From positions 22,682 through 86,681 of IMG/VR virus record IMGVR_UViG_3300034691_000037: a stretch of DNA of 64,000 nt; one strand, given 5' to 3'. The notes beneath the pieces are model-generated. The model had not been told where the DNA came from. It saw only the letters and a list, made by a program, of their open reading frames with translations, and made no database searches. This stretch comes from a virus. Below, in pieces: positions 26,017-34,346 of this stretch (position 1 is the first letter of the stretch; every line of letters starts with the position of its first letter). The position numbers and the translations under genes are program-made.

Positions 26017-28239
26017 TTAACGGGCGATTGGCATCACCTTTGTGTTCGGTACAGGATCATAACCCGTAATAGCAAAGTCATCGATCGTGAAGTCATCGAT
26101 GCTGGACACTTTGCGGGTAATGTGCAGTTGTGGATTATCATTTTGATAGTCGGTGTAGATAACCTCGTCGACCAGGGCGGTTTGTGAATTGTAGATGTGG
26201 GAGTCGACCCCCATGATGAACATCTCACGGGCCTCCATACCGACCACTTCAGCCACCATGCGGGTCAGCACAGCGTACTGAGGCGTGTTGAAAACGCCGC
26301 CAGCTGGCACATCCCAGCTGCGTAGTACCACAGCAATGCTGAGCCAACGTGTAGGAACGCCTTTGATGACAGCAAACTCTTGAGCCCACTTCAGGTAAAG
26401 CGCATCATTAGAGTCTTCCTCGGACGTCGCTAAAGCGACGTCTTTGAAGTGCCCGATGTACTCGCCAGTCAGATCGAGCTTGGCAAAGTCTTCCTCAAAG
26501 TCGCGAAGGTCTTTCTCGTGGCTGATGAACTGGAAGTACAGGTGGCACGGCTCAAGTGCTGCTTGCCAGTTTGTGCCTGGGTTGCAGGAGGTCACGTAGA
26601 TCCGCCGGCTATCAGGATCTTTCTTAAGCATGTCGATAGCGTTCTGCAGCTGATCGATTTCTCGATGTACTACAATGGAGCCACAGTGAGCATTCACCAT
26701 GTACTCGTTGTCAGGACTACCTGGAGATACATCAGTTACGTGAACGTAACCCTGCTTTTCAAACTGCGGCCATTCGTCCCGATGAATCAGTTGCGTATCT
26801 TGGTAACGTCGCCATTGCGGGCCGTAAGCACCCTTACCAATATCTGCGTCAATCAACTTGTACTGACTGATACCCAGCTCTGTCAGCGTGATACCCAGGC
26901 AGGCTGCTACGATGCTGCGGATATCGACCTTCTGGAACTTATCGTCTTTGAAGATCTCAATCTTGACAAGTTCCCCCGCTTCCAGGATAGACTTACCTGT
27001 AGCGTTCTCCGCAAGGTTTTCCCACGGTTCATCGATCACTGCGTTGATCTTGTCCCACTTTTCTTTGTCGTTCTTGGAGACACGGTTCAGACGAGTCTGG
27101 AGAGATACGGGCTTCACCGCAGGGTGTGTGATTTCAGAAGGAACGTTGTGCTTTGTCAGCCAGTCACTGATCTGGTCAACTTCGGATTGGAACAAGTCCC
27201 AAGGTCCGGTAATTGACGGACAGAGTTCCACGTTCAACTCAGCATAAGTGTTACTGGCCGTATCGCGAACCAAACCTTCTTTAAAATCGCAGAACTCGTA
27301 CAGCTTCCGTTCCAGACCTTGTGCATGGGCCTTTTTGATACGGTCAAGGAAGCCGATAATCGTTGGTTTCGGCACTTCAGTTGTAGGTATGCCGATAGTG
27401 GTTAGTACTTTACCGATACCTACTTCTTTAGTACCAGAAATAGCTACGGTTTCAATCTGGCCGTTTTGAACAACTTTGATTAACGTAGGTTCATCACCTG
27501 TGTTAACTTTGTTGTACAAGACCGAAAACGCAATCCCGTTAACTAAACCCCAATGTTCAACATTGTCTTTAGGGATAAGGTCCAAACGTTCTTGTAAGGT
27601 GAGGGTTCTTCCGCCGGCCTTTTGGTTGATATAGCCACAGCCCAGATCTTTGATAATCCAGCAACCAAGCAGCAGTGCTTGGAAGCGAGTCATGGTGACC
27701 TTCAATGAGCCGTTCTTTACATTGATGTTGACATCCTGAGGGTCAACCGGATAGTCTTTACCGGAGAACTCTAAATCAATGATCGGTTGCCATTCGCACT
27801 TTGGAATCCCCGAAAGGATAAGGGCGCTTTGCAGCTCATCGAAAGAAGGCCTGGCCGGAATGGATTGAAACAGCGTTGTGAACGGCAAGACACCATGGGC
27901 ATCGACGTACATGTCGGCCAGTTCATCGATGTTGTACGGTACAGGTTCTTCGTACTTGTCAGTGCCCGGAATGAACCAGCTGTCCCAGATGCCGACGTTG
28001 TTATCTTTCAGGTACTTGATGCTGGAACTGCCCGACACGAACCAGAGCATCTCGTGGATGAACTTCTCTGGGCGGATAACGCGCAGCGATGTGATCGGCA
28101 GACGGTTATTGCGCAGGTCATGACGCATCCAACCCGCCAGCGCTGAGAGGGTACCCACGCCGGTACGATCGCCTTTGTCCAGGCCGTGTTGGTTAATGAA
28201 GCGATAAATGTCTTTGTACTGACTATCAATTGCTCGCAT
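26017..28239 (-). CDS. thyA: Thymidylate synthase with very large insertions (~740 aa)
   Basis: DRTGVGT, EMLWFVSG, IWDSW, YGPQWR, DQL, PDSRR, PCH (catalytic Cys), RSWD, FN, DSHIY; start revised to MRAIDSQY with AAGGA SD. Confidence 0.95.
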   Translation of the reverse strand: MRAIDSQYKDIYRFINQHGLDKGDRTGVGTLSALAGWMRHDLRNNRLPITSLRVIRPEKFIHEMLWFVSGSSSIKYLKDNNVGIWDSWFIPGTDKYEEPVPYNIDELADMYVDAHGVLPFTTLFQSIPARPSFDELQSALILSGIPKCEWQPIIDLEFSGKDYPVDPQDVNINVKNGSLKVTMTRFQALLLGCWIIKDLGCGYINQKAGGRTLTLQERLDLIPKDNVEHWGLVNGIAFSVLYNKVNTGDEPTLIKVVQNGQIETVAISGTKEVGIGKVLTTIGIPTTEVPKPTIIGFLDRIKKAHAQGLERKLYEFCDFKEGLVRDTASNTYAELNVELCPSITGPWDLFQSEVDQISDWLTKHNVPSEITHPAVKPVSLQTRLNRVSKNDKEKWDKINAVIDEPWENLAENATGKSILEAGELVKIEIFKDDKFQKVDIRSIVAACLGITLTELGISQYKLIDADIGKGAYGPQWRRYQDTQLIHRDEWPQFEKQGYVHVTDVSPGSPDNEYMVNAHCGSIVVHREIDQLQNAIDMLKKDPDSRRIYVTSCNPGTNWQAALEPCHLYFQFISHEKDLRDFEEDFAKLDLTGEYIGHFKDVALATSEEDSNDALYLKWAQEFAVIKGVPTRWLSIAVVLRSWDVPAGGVFNTPQYAVLTRMVAEVVGMEAREMFIMGVDSHIYNSQTALVDEVIYTDYQNDNPQLHITRKVSSIDDFTIDDFAITGYDPVPNTKVMPIAR

Positions 28240-28471
28240 TTCTACGTTCCTTAAATTTGCGCCAAGGGGCTGCGTTGAAGAGTCGGCGTACGCCGTATGT
28301 CCGAACCATGCCAACGGCGGCAAAGATCACTACCATGGAAAGGTTATCGTGAAACTGGACGTTTATGCCGTACCAAGGAAATATCACGAGTTGTGTAAGG
28401 ACGCCTACAGCAAGACCAATCACGGTACCGGCTACCGTTTCTATTAATGACGCAACTTTAGTCTGTTGCAT
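28226..28471 (-). CDS. Small two-TM conserved phage membrane protein (Q.K..SL.E...R.Y..RR.FN family)
   Basis: MQQTKVASLIET...IFPWYG...RTYGVRRLFN. Confidence 0.75.
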   Translation of the reverse strand: MQQTKVASLIETVAGTVIGLAVGVLTQLVIFPWYGINVQFHDNLSMVVIFAAVGMVRTYGVRRLFNAAPWRKFKERRNASN

Positions 28472-28521
28472 ATCTATCCTCTAAAGGGCAAAAAGCACGA
28501 GCCGAAGCCCGTGCCTTATTG

Positions 28522-29211
28522 TTAAACCTGGGCGGAGATAGCACCGCTACGAAGGTCAGCCGTTGTCAACCCGGCGAGGATGATAGCCGACCAGCTTTCG
28601 AAGTTATAACCGGTGTCGGAGATGGCATCGACATCAACCCAATGAGGATTGAGGATTTGATTTTCGTTCGATGTGGCTGTGCACTCGGCACTAACGAACA
28701 AGATGCCGAACAGGCCGAGATGGTAACGACCTACATCGTTACTTGGATCATAAATCAACCCAAGGAAGCGAAGCTGTGAAGGGGTTTCAGAAAGAGTTAC
28801 TTCTTCACTGTTCTCGCGTTTCGCGCCAGCAACGGCGGTCGCGTATAAGTTCAATGAGTCATTGCTGTTGTAAACCACATCAGCGCGATCTGGATGACCG
28901 CCGATGCCGATGGAATGGTTTTCGGACAGGCGGGACTCTCCATTACCCTTTTTAGGTCGCTGATAAACGAGGAACTCAAACCGCTTGGCTTCGCCGCCGA
29001 TGTGCGTTACGCGAACAACCGCGTTGTAGTTGATTGGATGCAACTTGGTACGGTCGTTTTCCAGCAACTCACGCTCCTGGACCGAACCGAACCGAGATAC
29101 GTCTTTAAGAAACTGACGCACATCCATTTCGATCAGACCTTCGGCGTTAGCAGGCAGTCGATAGAACACTTCGGCTTTGTCGATTGCGATTGTAACTTCA
29201 GGCTTTGCCAT
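28522..29211 (-). CDS. Nudix-superfamily phosphoesterase (COG4112/YmaB-like)
   Basis: YQR...GESRL...SIGIGGH...RENSEEV...GLIYD..NDVGRYHLG. Confidence 0.8.
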   Translation of the reverse strand: MAKPEVTIAIDKAEVFYRLPANAEGLIEMDVRQFLKDVSRFGSVQERELLENDRTKLHPINYNAVVRVTHIGGEAKRFEFLVYQRPKKGNGESRLSENHSIGIGGHPDRADVVYNSNDSLNLYATAVAGAKRENSEEVTLSETPSQLRFLGLIYDPSNDVGRYHLGLFGILFVSAECTATSNENQILNPHWVDVDAISDTGYNFESWSAIILAGLTTADLRSGAISAQV

Positions 29212-29245
29212 TAAAGGACTCCGGGATGTTTATTAAGTAAGTTGA

Positions 29246-29914
29246 TTAATTGAGAACCAGTGGTTTGATCAAAGGCCCGTGTTTACGATCCCACGCTCTT
29301 GCCACTTCTTCACAGATCTTTTCATTGATGACGTCGATTGACTGATCGGCATCGATGATGACGTAAGTGGTCGGAGAGTTAGGTTGATGTGCCAGTTTCA
29401 CGAAGTGTTGCTGAGCGGCAATGTAGTAATCACGCCCCTTTCCTTCCATCCGGCAGCTTTCACCACGTTCACCAGCCCGAGCAAACGCCTTATCGATGTC
29501 CATTACAAACACAAACGTCAAATCAGGTTCGGTATCACCAACCACGGTTTTACGAAGTGTTTGAAGAAACGCCTGATCCAATTTACCGCCGGCCATCTGG
29601 TAAGCTTCTGTGGAGTCAGCGAAACGGTCACAGAGAACAATCTTATTCTCAGCCAAATGGGGACGGATAACGTTTGTCAGATGAAGTTCACGGGCCGTGT
29701 AAAACAACATAGCTTCAGCCACCGTGGAGATGGTTTCATCTTTGTGGTACTTTATAATGTCACGCAACTGCATTGCCAGCTGAGTACCACCTGGTTCAAA
29801 GGTACGAGTAACTTCAAGAGTTCCCTTCTCGTAGCGATCGGCGGTCATCTCCCGCTGAGTAGTCTTGCCGGTGCCGTCAATACCCTCGAATGCTACAAAC
29901 AGACCTTTATGCAT
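29246..29914 (-). CDS. tmk: Thymidylate kinase
   Basis: FEGIDGTGKTT, EPGGT, LCDRF.DST.AYQ, PDLTF. Confidence 0.95.
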   Translation of the reverse strand: MHKGLFVAFEGIDGTGKTTQREMTADRYEKGTLEVTRTFEPGGTQLAMQLRDIIKYHKDETISTVAEAMLFYTARELHLTNVIRPHLAENKIVLCDRFADSTEAYQMAGGKLDQAFLQTLRKTVVGDTEPDLTFVFVMDIDKAFARAGERGESCRMEGKGRDYYIAAQQHFVKLAHQPNSPTTYVIIDADQSIDVINEKICEEVARAWDRKHGPLIKPLVLN

Positions 29915-29975
29915 GCTACGTACCCCTGCCGATAGATTTTGTTATACGATCGGCAGCGTTATTAACAAGTTACCA

Positions 29976-30383
29976 TTACGTGCAAACGAAAGGCTGGAGA
30001 TGGCTAATTGGGGCGCTGGGTTTATTGCCATCGAGCAGATCCAAGTCTACCCAAATGGTACCATCATCAGCCTGATCGAAGTCAAGGATAACACCCACCT
30101 TCTTAATATCGAGACGGTAGCAGACCAGCATGCCAGTGCGTGGCGTCCAGGCGTCGACCACCGGCATTGACTGACCGGACTCTACGTCAATATTGATCGC
30201 TGGGTTGTTTTTCTTTTGATCTTCCATGATGCTTGCTTCAAGCCGCGCAATCATTTCAGAGTTCATGCTACGGTGACTCCCGCGCGCGCATTCAGCAAGT
30301 ACCTCACGCATACCGTCTGGCAGACGCAATACAAACTTATCAGCGGTGCGGGAAGAATAGATAACTTTATGATTCGGACGCAT
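29976..30383 (-). CDS. amrZ: AmrZ/AlgZ-like ribbon-helix-helix regulator with an extra C-terminal beta domain
   Basis: MRP...[19 protein letters not shown]...[13 protein letters not shown], close to the recalled Pseudomonas AmrZ N-terminus; start revised to 30383. Confidence 0.85.
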   Translation of the reverse strand: MRPNHKVIYSSRTADKFVLRLPDGMREVLAECARGSHRSMNSEMIARLEASIMEDQKKNNPAINIDVESGQSMPVVDAWTPRTGMLVCYRLDIKKVGVILDFDQADDGTIWVDLDLLDGNKPSAPISHLQPFVCT

Positions 30384-30419
30384 TGTAGAGTTCCTTGTGA
30401 TGTGATATAAGTCAGTTGG

Positions 30420-30434
30420 ATAATGTATTACTGT
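30420..30434 (-). promoter_or_regulatory. Putative early promoter of the amrZ homolog
   Basis: ACAGTAATACATTAT. Confidence 0.55.
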
Positions 30435-30447
30435 ACAACACTTGACA

Positions 30448-30484
30448 GCATAGAGCCAGCTCCATTGCGGAGCTGGCTCTATGT
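30448..30484. terminator. CATA...TATG-closed hairpin
   Basis: CATAGAGCCAGCTCC-ATTGC-GGAGCTGGCTCTATG. Confidence 0.75.
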
Positions 30485-30486
30485 GT

Positions 30487-30762
30487 TTATTTGACTTCAG
30501 GCAGCTGCGAGACCATCGCTTTAGACACAACGACAGCAGGTATAGTTTTATCCCCAGCTTGAATTGCCTTCACAACTCTGTGAAACCCGTCCATTGTGAC
30601 AAACTTACCCGGCTCGTATTCTGTAACAACAACCGGGATAGATTTATCGGAGCGATCCACGCGCGCCTGGTCTATCTTTTCATCCTTTAACATCCACTTG
30701 AGTTTTGATAATTCAAATGGGTGCGATTTAGCTCTAGCTGTCATGTACAAAAGGTCGTCCAC
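30487..30762 (-). CDS. ParB/Srx-like domain; frame open upstream to ~30861, possibly reached by -1 frameshift
   Basis: PVVV...[10 protein letters not shown] motif. Confidence 0.7.
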   Translation of the reverse strand: MDDLLYMTARAKSHPFELSKLKWMLKDEKIDQARVDRSDKSIPVVVTEYEPGKFVTMDGFHRVVKAIQAGDKTIPAVVVSKAMVSQLPEVK

Positions 30763-30842
30763 TCTATAGACCTTTCCCTGATGCCTGAACGTACTATCAC
30801 TTCCTTCTTTGTAGGGTCCTTTACTTTCCTTAGCGTAGGACC

Positions 30843-31838
30843 CTACATCTTTACCGATTTGTTAATCAGTTCTTCGCAACCATTACGGATCTTGGCTACG
30901 ATGCCATTGAGCTCATCTTCGTATTCGTATTCGTAGAAGTCGCCGGCGCATGGGAAGAGGTTCAGCATATCTCCCCAGATGTGATCATCATCCGGGTACT
31001 TGTTCGACCACCATTTGGTTTCATCCGTGTCGTCTAACGTCCACAACAAATCGTTATCTTCATCATCTGTAAAAGTATCGCTATCCACGCGAAACAGATG
31101 AGGGAGTAATGAAAGGACTTTTTTAACTTGGCCTTTAGTAAGCGCATTCATGTAATGCGGGCTTTGACCTAAGCCATCGACTGCAAACTTATACCCATGT
31201 TCGAGTTTGGTCGTGCCGATAGCCAAGATGAATTTAGGTGGTGAGATTGCATCCAGTTTACGCTTAGCCGTGGCTGTAGCTTTGACCGCATAGTCGAGCG
31301 CGGCCTTTGGCTCCAGTGTTTCGCATTTCTTGTAGATCGTGTGCATTTCACCCGCGTAACTCGCGCGTGCTTTAAAGAACTGTTGCGCGTAGTTGGTGAT
31401 TTGTGAAACACCGTTTTCAAGATCGCTCAACCAAGTGCGTTCATTAAAATGACGCAGCAGCAAATGGTTGTTAATGTTCGGAGTATCGATCTTACCTTCC
31501 TTTAATACGATCTCATCCAGAAGGTGTGCATCCTTAAACAGCTTCTTGACGTAGTTGAGTTCGACTTGCTGTGGCGTGCCTTTGATTGACGCATCAGACC
31601 CAAAGAACTTACCGAAGAAAGAGCTCAGGCTTTCCATGGATTCAGTGTGTTCTTTCTTTTTCTTTTCAAATTTATCAGGCAGGTGGTAAAACCACTTCGG
31701 GTCTTCCTTCTTCTTTTTCTCGTCAGCTTCGTGCCATTCTTTAGCAACCTTCTGATCGATCCCCTTCTTCTTTGCAAAGTCCGCATTCATAGCGGCAAAC
31801 ATCATGAGCTTATATTGCTTAATGCTGGAACTGGGCAT
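30843..31838 (-). CDS. Probable head-packaged virion protein with an SME cleavage site
   Basis: N-terminal MPSSSIKQ...FAKKKGIDQKVAKEW domain, then ESMES-LSSFF; start revised to 31838. Confidence 0.6.
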   Translation of the reverse strand: MPSSSIKQYKLMMFAAMNADFAKKKGIDQKVAKEWHEADEKKKKEDPKWFYHLPDKFEKKKKEHTESMESLSSFFGKFFGSDASIKGTPQQVELNYVKKLFKDAHLLDEIVLKEGKIDTPNINNHLLLRHFNERTWLSDLENGVSQITNYAQQFFKARASYAGEMHTIYKKCETLEPKAALDYAVKATATAKRKLDAISPPKFILAIGTTKLEHGYKFAVDGLGQSPHYMNALTKGQVKKVLSLLPHLFRVDSDTFTDDEDNDLLWTLDDTDETKWWSNKYPDDDHIWGDMLNLFPCAGDFYEYEYEDELNGIVAKIRNGCEELINKSVKM

Positions 31839-31905
31839 ATCGCTGTCCTTAAACAAAAAAAAGAAGGGGAGATGTGTGGGGACCCGGAGGTCCCCGTGCA
31901 TCTTA

Positions 31906-32289
31906 TTACTTGGAAAAGTATTGCATGGCTGTGAAGCCGAAGTATTTGTAGTTTTTGTACTCCGTACCGTTACCGAAATGCACAGCCAGTTGTACGACCC
32001 AGCTGATGACCCAGGTGACGAAGAACAGAGCGGTGTAGCCAGGTACTGTGAAGATCCAGGCGAACAGGATCAGACTCAGAATGACGAACACATTCCAGAG
32101 CGCGGTTTCGCGGTTCAGGCCGCCGACAGTGAAAGTCAGGGAAGCGCAAACTTCCATGATGGCGTCGGTTGGCTTCATGCCTTTCTTAACGAAGTAGTAC
32201 GCGCTGACGATGAACAGGGCGTACATGGCAAGGGACATTGCAACGAGGATGGTATCGAAAGTAGTCATTTGTGTGTCCTCCTGGGACAT
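31906..32289 (-). CDS. Multi-pass membrane protein
   Basis: Three to four hydrophobic segments. Confidence 0.65.
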   Translation of the reverse strand: MSQEDTQMTTFDTILVAMSLAMYALFIVSAYYFVKKGMKPTDAIMEVCASLTFTVGGLNRETALWNVFVILSLILFAWIFTVPGYTALFFVTWVISWVVQLAVHFGNGTEYKNYKYFGFTAMQYFSK

Positions 32290-32328
32290 GTATACATTAG
32301 ATCAAAAGGGTTGGGGTATTGCGGGGTG

Positions 32329-32451
32329 TTACTTCGTCAGCTTCTCGATGCCTTTATTCACCAAGTCGCGTTCACGAACCTGATCGAGGATGATGAAGGT
32401 TACAACGAGCACGGTGACGGATACTGCGATACGGCCAATTACGTTCAACAT
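32329..32451 (-). CDS. 40-aa single-TM microprotein (not in the ORF track)
   Basis: MLNVIGRIAVSVTVLVVTFIILDQVRERDLVNKGIEKLTK; AGGAG SD; directly after the early-promoter motif. Confidence 0.7.
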   Translation of the reverse strand: MLNVIGRIAVSVTVLVVTFIILDQVRERDLVNKGIEKLTK

Positions 32452-32496
32452 GGTAATGCTCCTAGGTAAACCAAAAGATGGATCACATCTACGTTC

Positions 32497-32511
32497 GTAA
32501 TGTATCAGTGA
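32497..32511 (-). promoter_or_regulatory. Putative early promoter
   Basis: TCACTGATACATTAC with an upstream A-tract. Confidence 0.6.
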
Positions 32512-32532
32512 AACTTATTTCAATCGTTTTTT

Positions 32533-32661
32533 TTACCGCTGAGCGAATGCTGCATGTGCAGCTTGTGCCTGACCTGCTTCGTCAAACACACCGCTGCCAA
32601 TACCGACCGCGCCAACAACGCCCATTACCAAACCGAATGCCAGCATTTTGAATTGTTTCAT
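32533..32661 (-). CDS. 42-aa single-TM microprotein (not in the ORF track)
   Basis: MKQFKMLAFGLVMGVVGAVGIGSGVFDEAGQAQAAHAAFAQR; AAGGAG SD. Confidence 0.7.
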   Translation of the reverse strand: MKQFKMLAFGLVMGVVGAVGIGSGVFDEAGQAQAAHAAFAQR

Positions 32662-32672
32662 GTGTATCTCCT

Positions 32673-33155
32673 TTATGCCATTTTACGGCTGTTAAGAAAA
32701 CCCAGGCGCTCAAGCGACTTGGCTAATGCGTTGATGTTGCGTTCGGAGTTGTTGACGCCGTTGTCGACTTCACAACGGAGCGTGTAGGTGTAAACAAGTT
32801 CACCTTCTTCGTAGTGGTTACGGAGTCGGCTTATTTCTAAGGTCGTGGTGTGATGGATATCTACCATGCCTTCGTTCGTGAGTACCTGTGAACCCAAGAA
32901 CTTACACCACCACTCGTAGATAGTGGCGATAGTGCGTTCAGCGGCTTCTGTGCTAGCATGCAAGGAGACGTACATCACGTCCCTTCCCGACTCAGTAGTA
33001 TCGACATGCCCAGCGCAGCAGTTCGAAGTAGCCAGGTCCGGAACGGAGTTGATGGCCCTACACAGTTGCCACATGCCTTTATCAAAAAGCGCTGGGTCCA
33101 GCTTTGTAAACTCAGCCTTAAGCTTAGCAACGTACTTCGTACTTACTGTGAACAT
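32673..33155 (-). CDS. Protein with a TYW3-like N-terminal motif
   Basis: DKGMWQLCRAINSVPDLATSNCCAGH matches the D..I..L...IN......T..SC.GH pattern. Confidence 0.55.
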   Translation of the reverse strand: MFTVSTKYVAKLKAEFTKLDPALFDKGMWQLCRAINSVPDLATSNCCAGHVDTTESGRDVMYVSLHASTEAAERTIATIYEWWCKFLGSQVLTNEGMVDIHHTTTLEISRLRNHYEEGELVYTYTLRCEVDNGVNNSERNINALAKSLERLGFLNSRKMA

Positions 33156-33205
33156 GACGATACTCCCTGTGGGTGTGAGGGGCTAATGCCCCTCATTGGT
33201 ATTGA

Positions 33206-33328
33206 TTAAGAGGCCGGGGTCCTGGGTTCGAGCTTGGCAGTATGCAGAGCCAGGTTAGTCTCGTTCTTGAGGCGGGAGATATACATCCCGAGACAGAGGC
33301 CGAGGGCGAGGAACATTAAGTTTCTCAT
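33206..33328 (-). CDS. 40-aa single-TM microprotein (not in the ORF track)
   Basis: MRNLMFLALGLCLGMYISRLKNETNLALHTAKLEPRTPAS; GGAGG SD. Confidence 0.65.
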   Translation of the reverse strand: MRNLMFLALGLCLGMYISRLKNETNLALHTAKLEPRTPAS

Positions 33329-33354
33329 GGGTTTATCCTCCTACGGATAGAGTG

Positions 33355-33735
33355 TTACAGGGCGAAGGTTTCGTGTTCCAGGATGTAGTCAGCAACCAGG
33401 ATCGCAGGGAAGAGGATGTTGGAGCTGATCAGCCCGCGCTTATCTTCCATTTCACGCAGACCTTCTTCAAAGGCTTCTTGCGGAGCTGGCATCAGATGCC
33501 AGTCTTCGATCGTGGTGCCGTGAGCCAGGAACTCAGGCTTGAAGAACTGCAGGATGTCGTGCATGAGGGTCAGGTCAGCTTCGGTGAGATTGTTCTCATC
33601 GTAGCCAGACATTTCCATGAGCTTGTCACGCATGGCCTTGATTTGTTTCAAGGCATCAGTGTGAACGACGATGTCGTCCGCACCTTTGGTCAGGTTTTCA
33701 GCCAGCATGGTTTTCAGGTTAGTGATAGTGATCAT
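33355..33735 (-). CDS. Acidic hypothetical early protein
   Basis: AAGGAGG SD, strong codon bias, first gene after the promoter motif. Confidence 0.7.
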   Translation of the reverse strand: MITITNLKTMLAENLTKGADDIVVHTDALKQIKAMRDKLMEMSGYDENNLTEADLTLMHDILQFFKPEFLAHGTTIEDWHLMPAPQEAFEEGLREMEDKRGLISSNILFPAILVADYILEHETFAL

Positions 33736-33777
33736 GTTACAGTCCTCCTTAGGACATTAGTGGTGGTGTTCAAGTAC

Positions 33778-33792
33778 GCAATGTGTGACTGT
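33778..33792 (-). promoter_or_regulatory. Putative early promoter
   Basis: ACAGTCACACATTGC with upstream TTTAAAAAA. Confidence 0.5.
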
Positions 33793-33832
33793 AGATTTTT
33801 TAAATCGAATTTATACGGCATAACACCAGCCA

Positions 33833-34225
33833 TTACGGCTGGTGGTATTGAGATATGCTACAAGGAACGCATTTGATCAGTAACTTGCGACTATGGTTAA
33901 TGTCTAGAGGTGAATCGCATTGTGGGCATCGGGTAGGAATGATCACAGGCGATGCAGTAGTGGGTCTGTAAATAAGGTTTAGGTTATCGTCAACAACATC
34001 GCCTAACAGTAGGTTCTTTTTAAACAGCACGTCTGTGTTTGCAAGATAAATGACGCGACATGGATCTGGATCATTCGTTTCATTATAAAGGATGCATAAG
34101 GGTTGAAGGTTTCCGTATTCAGTTACAGCAAAACCAATATCGTCTAGAATGTAACTATCTGAGACAAACGATAAATTGCTCAAAGGGATGTCGTACACCA
34201 AATTAGCGAGCGATGCATCTGACAT
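33833..34225 (-). CDS. Stand-alone OB-fold plus Zn-finger fragment resembling NAD-dependent DNA ligase
   Basis: LDDIGFAVTEYGNLQP...YLAN...LLLGDVV...PTRCPQCDS parallels the LigA OB and C4 motifs; no adenylation domain. Confidence 0.6.
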   Translation of the reverse strand: MSDASLANLVYDIPLSNLSFVSDSYILDDIGFAVTEYGNLQPLCILYNETNDPDPCRVIYLANTDVLFKKNLLLGDVVDDNLNLIYRPTTASPVIIPTRCPQCDSPLDINHSRKLLIKCVPCSISQYHQP

Positions 34226-34346
34226 GGTGGCTGTATCCTTCGATCTTATGTGGTGGTCATACAGCTAGTTGTCTTGGTGATTAATGACTACGTACTATTA
34301 AACGAATAACGACCGAACATATCTCAACCGCTCTAGGGGAACTTGC

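Noticed and set aside
26851-27975. Intein or group I intron in thyA
   Set aside because: The frame is continuous, with no Cys/Ser...His-Asn splice junctions and no LAGLIDADG, HNH or GIY-YIG motifs. The insert looks repeat-built.
26017-28239. dCMP hydroxymethylase or modified-base pathway
   Set aside because: The specificity residue is Asn (GGVFN) as in dUMP-specific ThyA, and no glycosyltransferase or other modification genes are visible.
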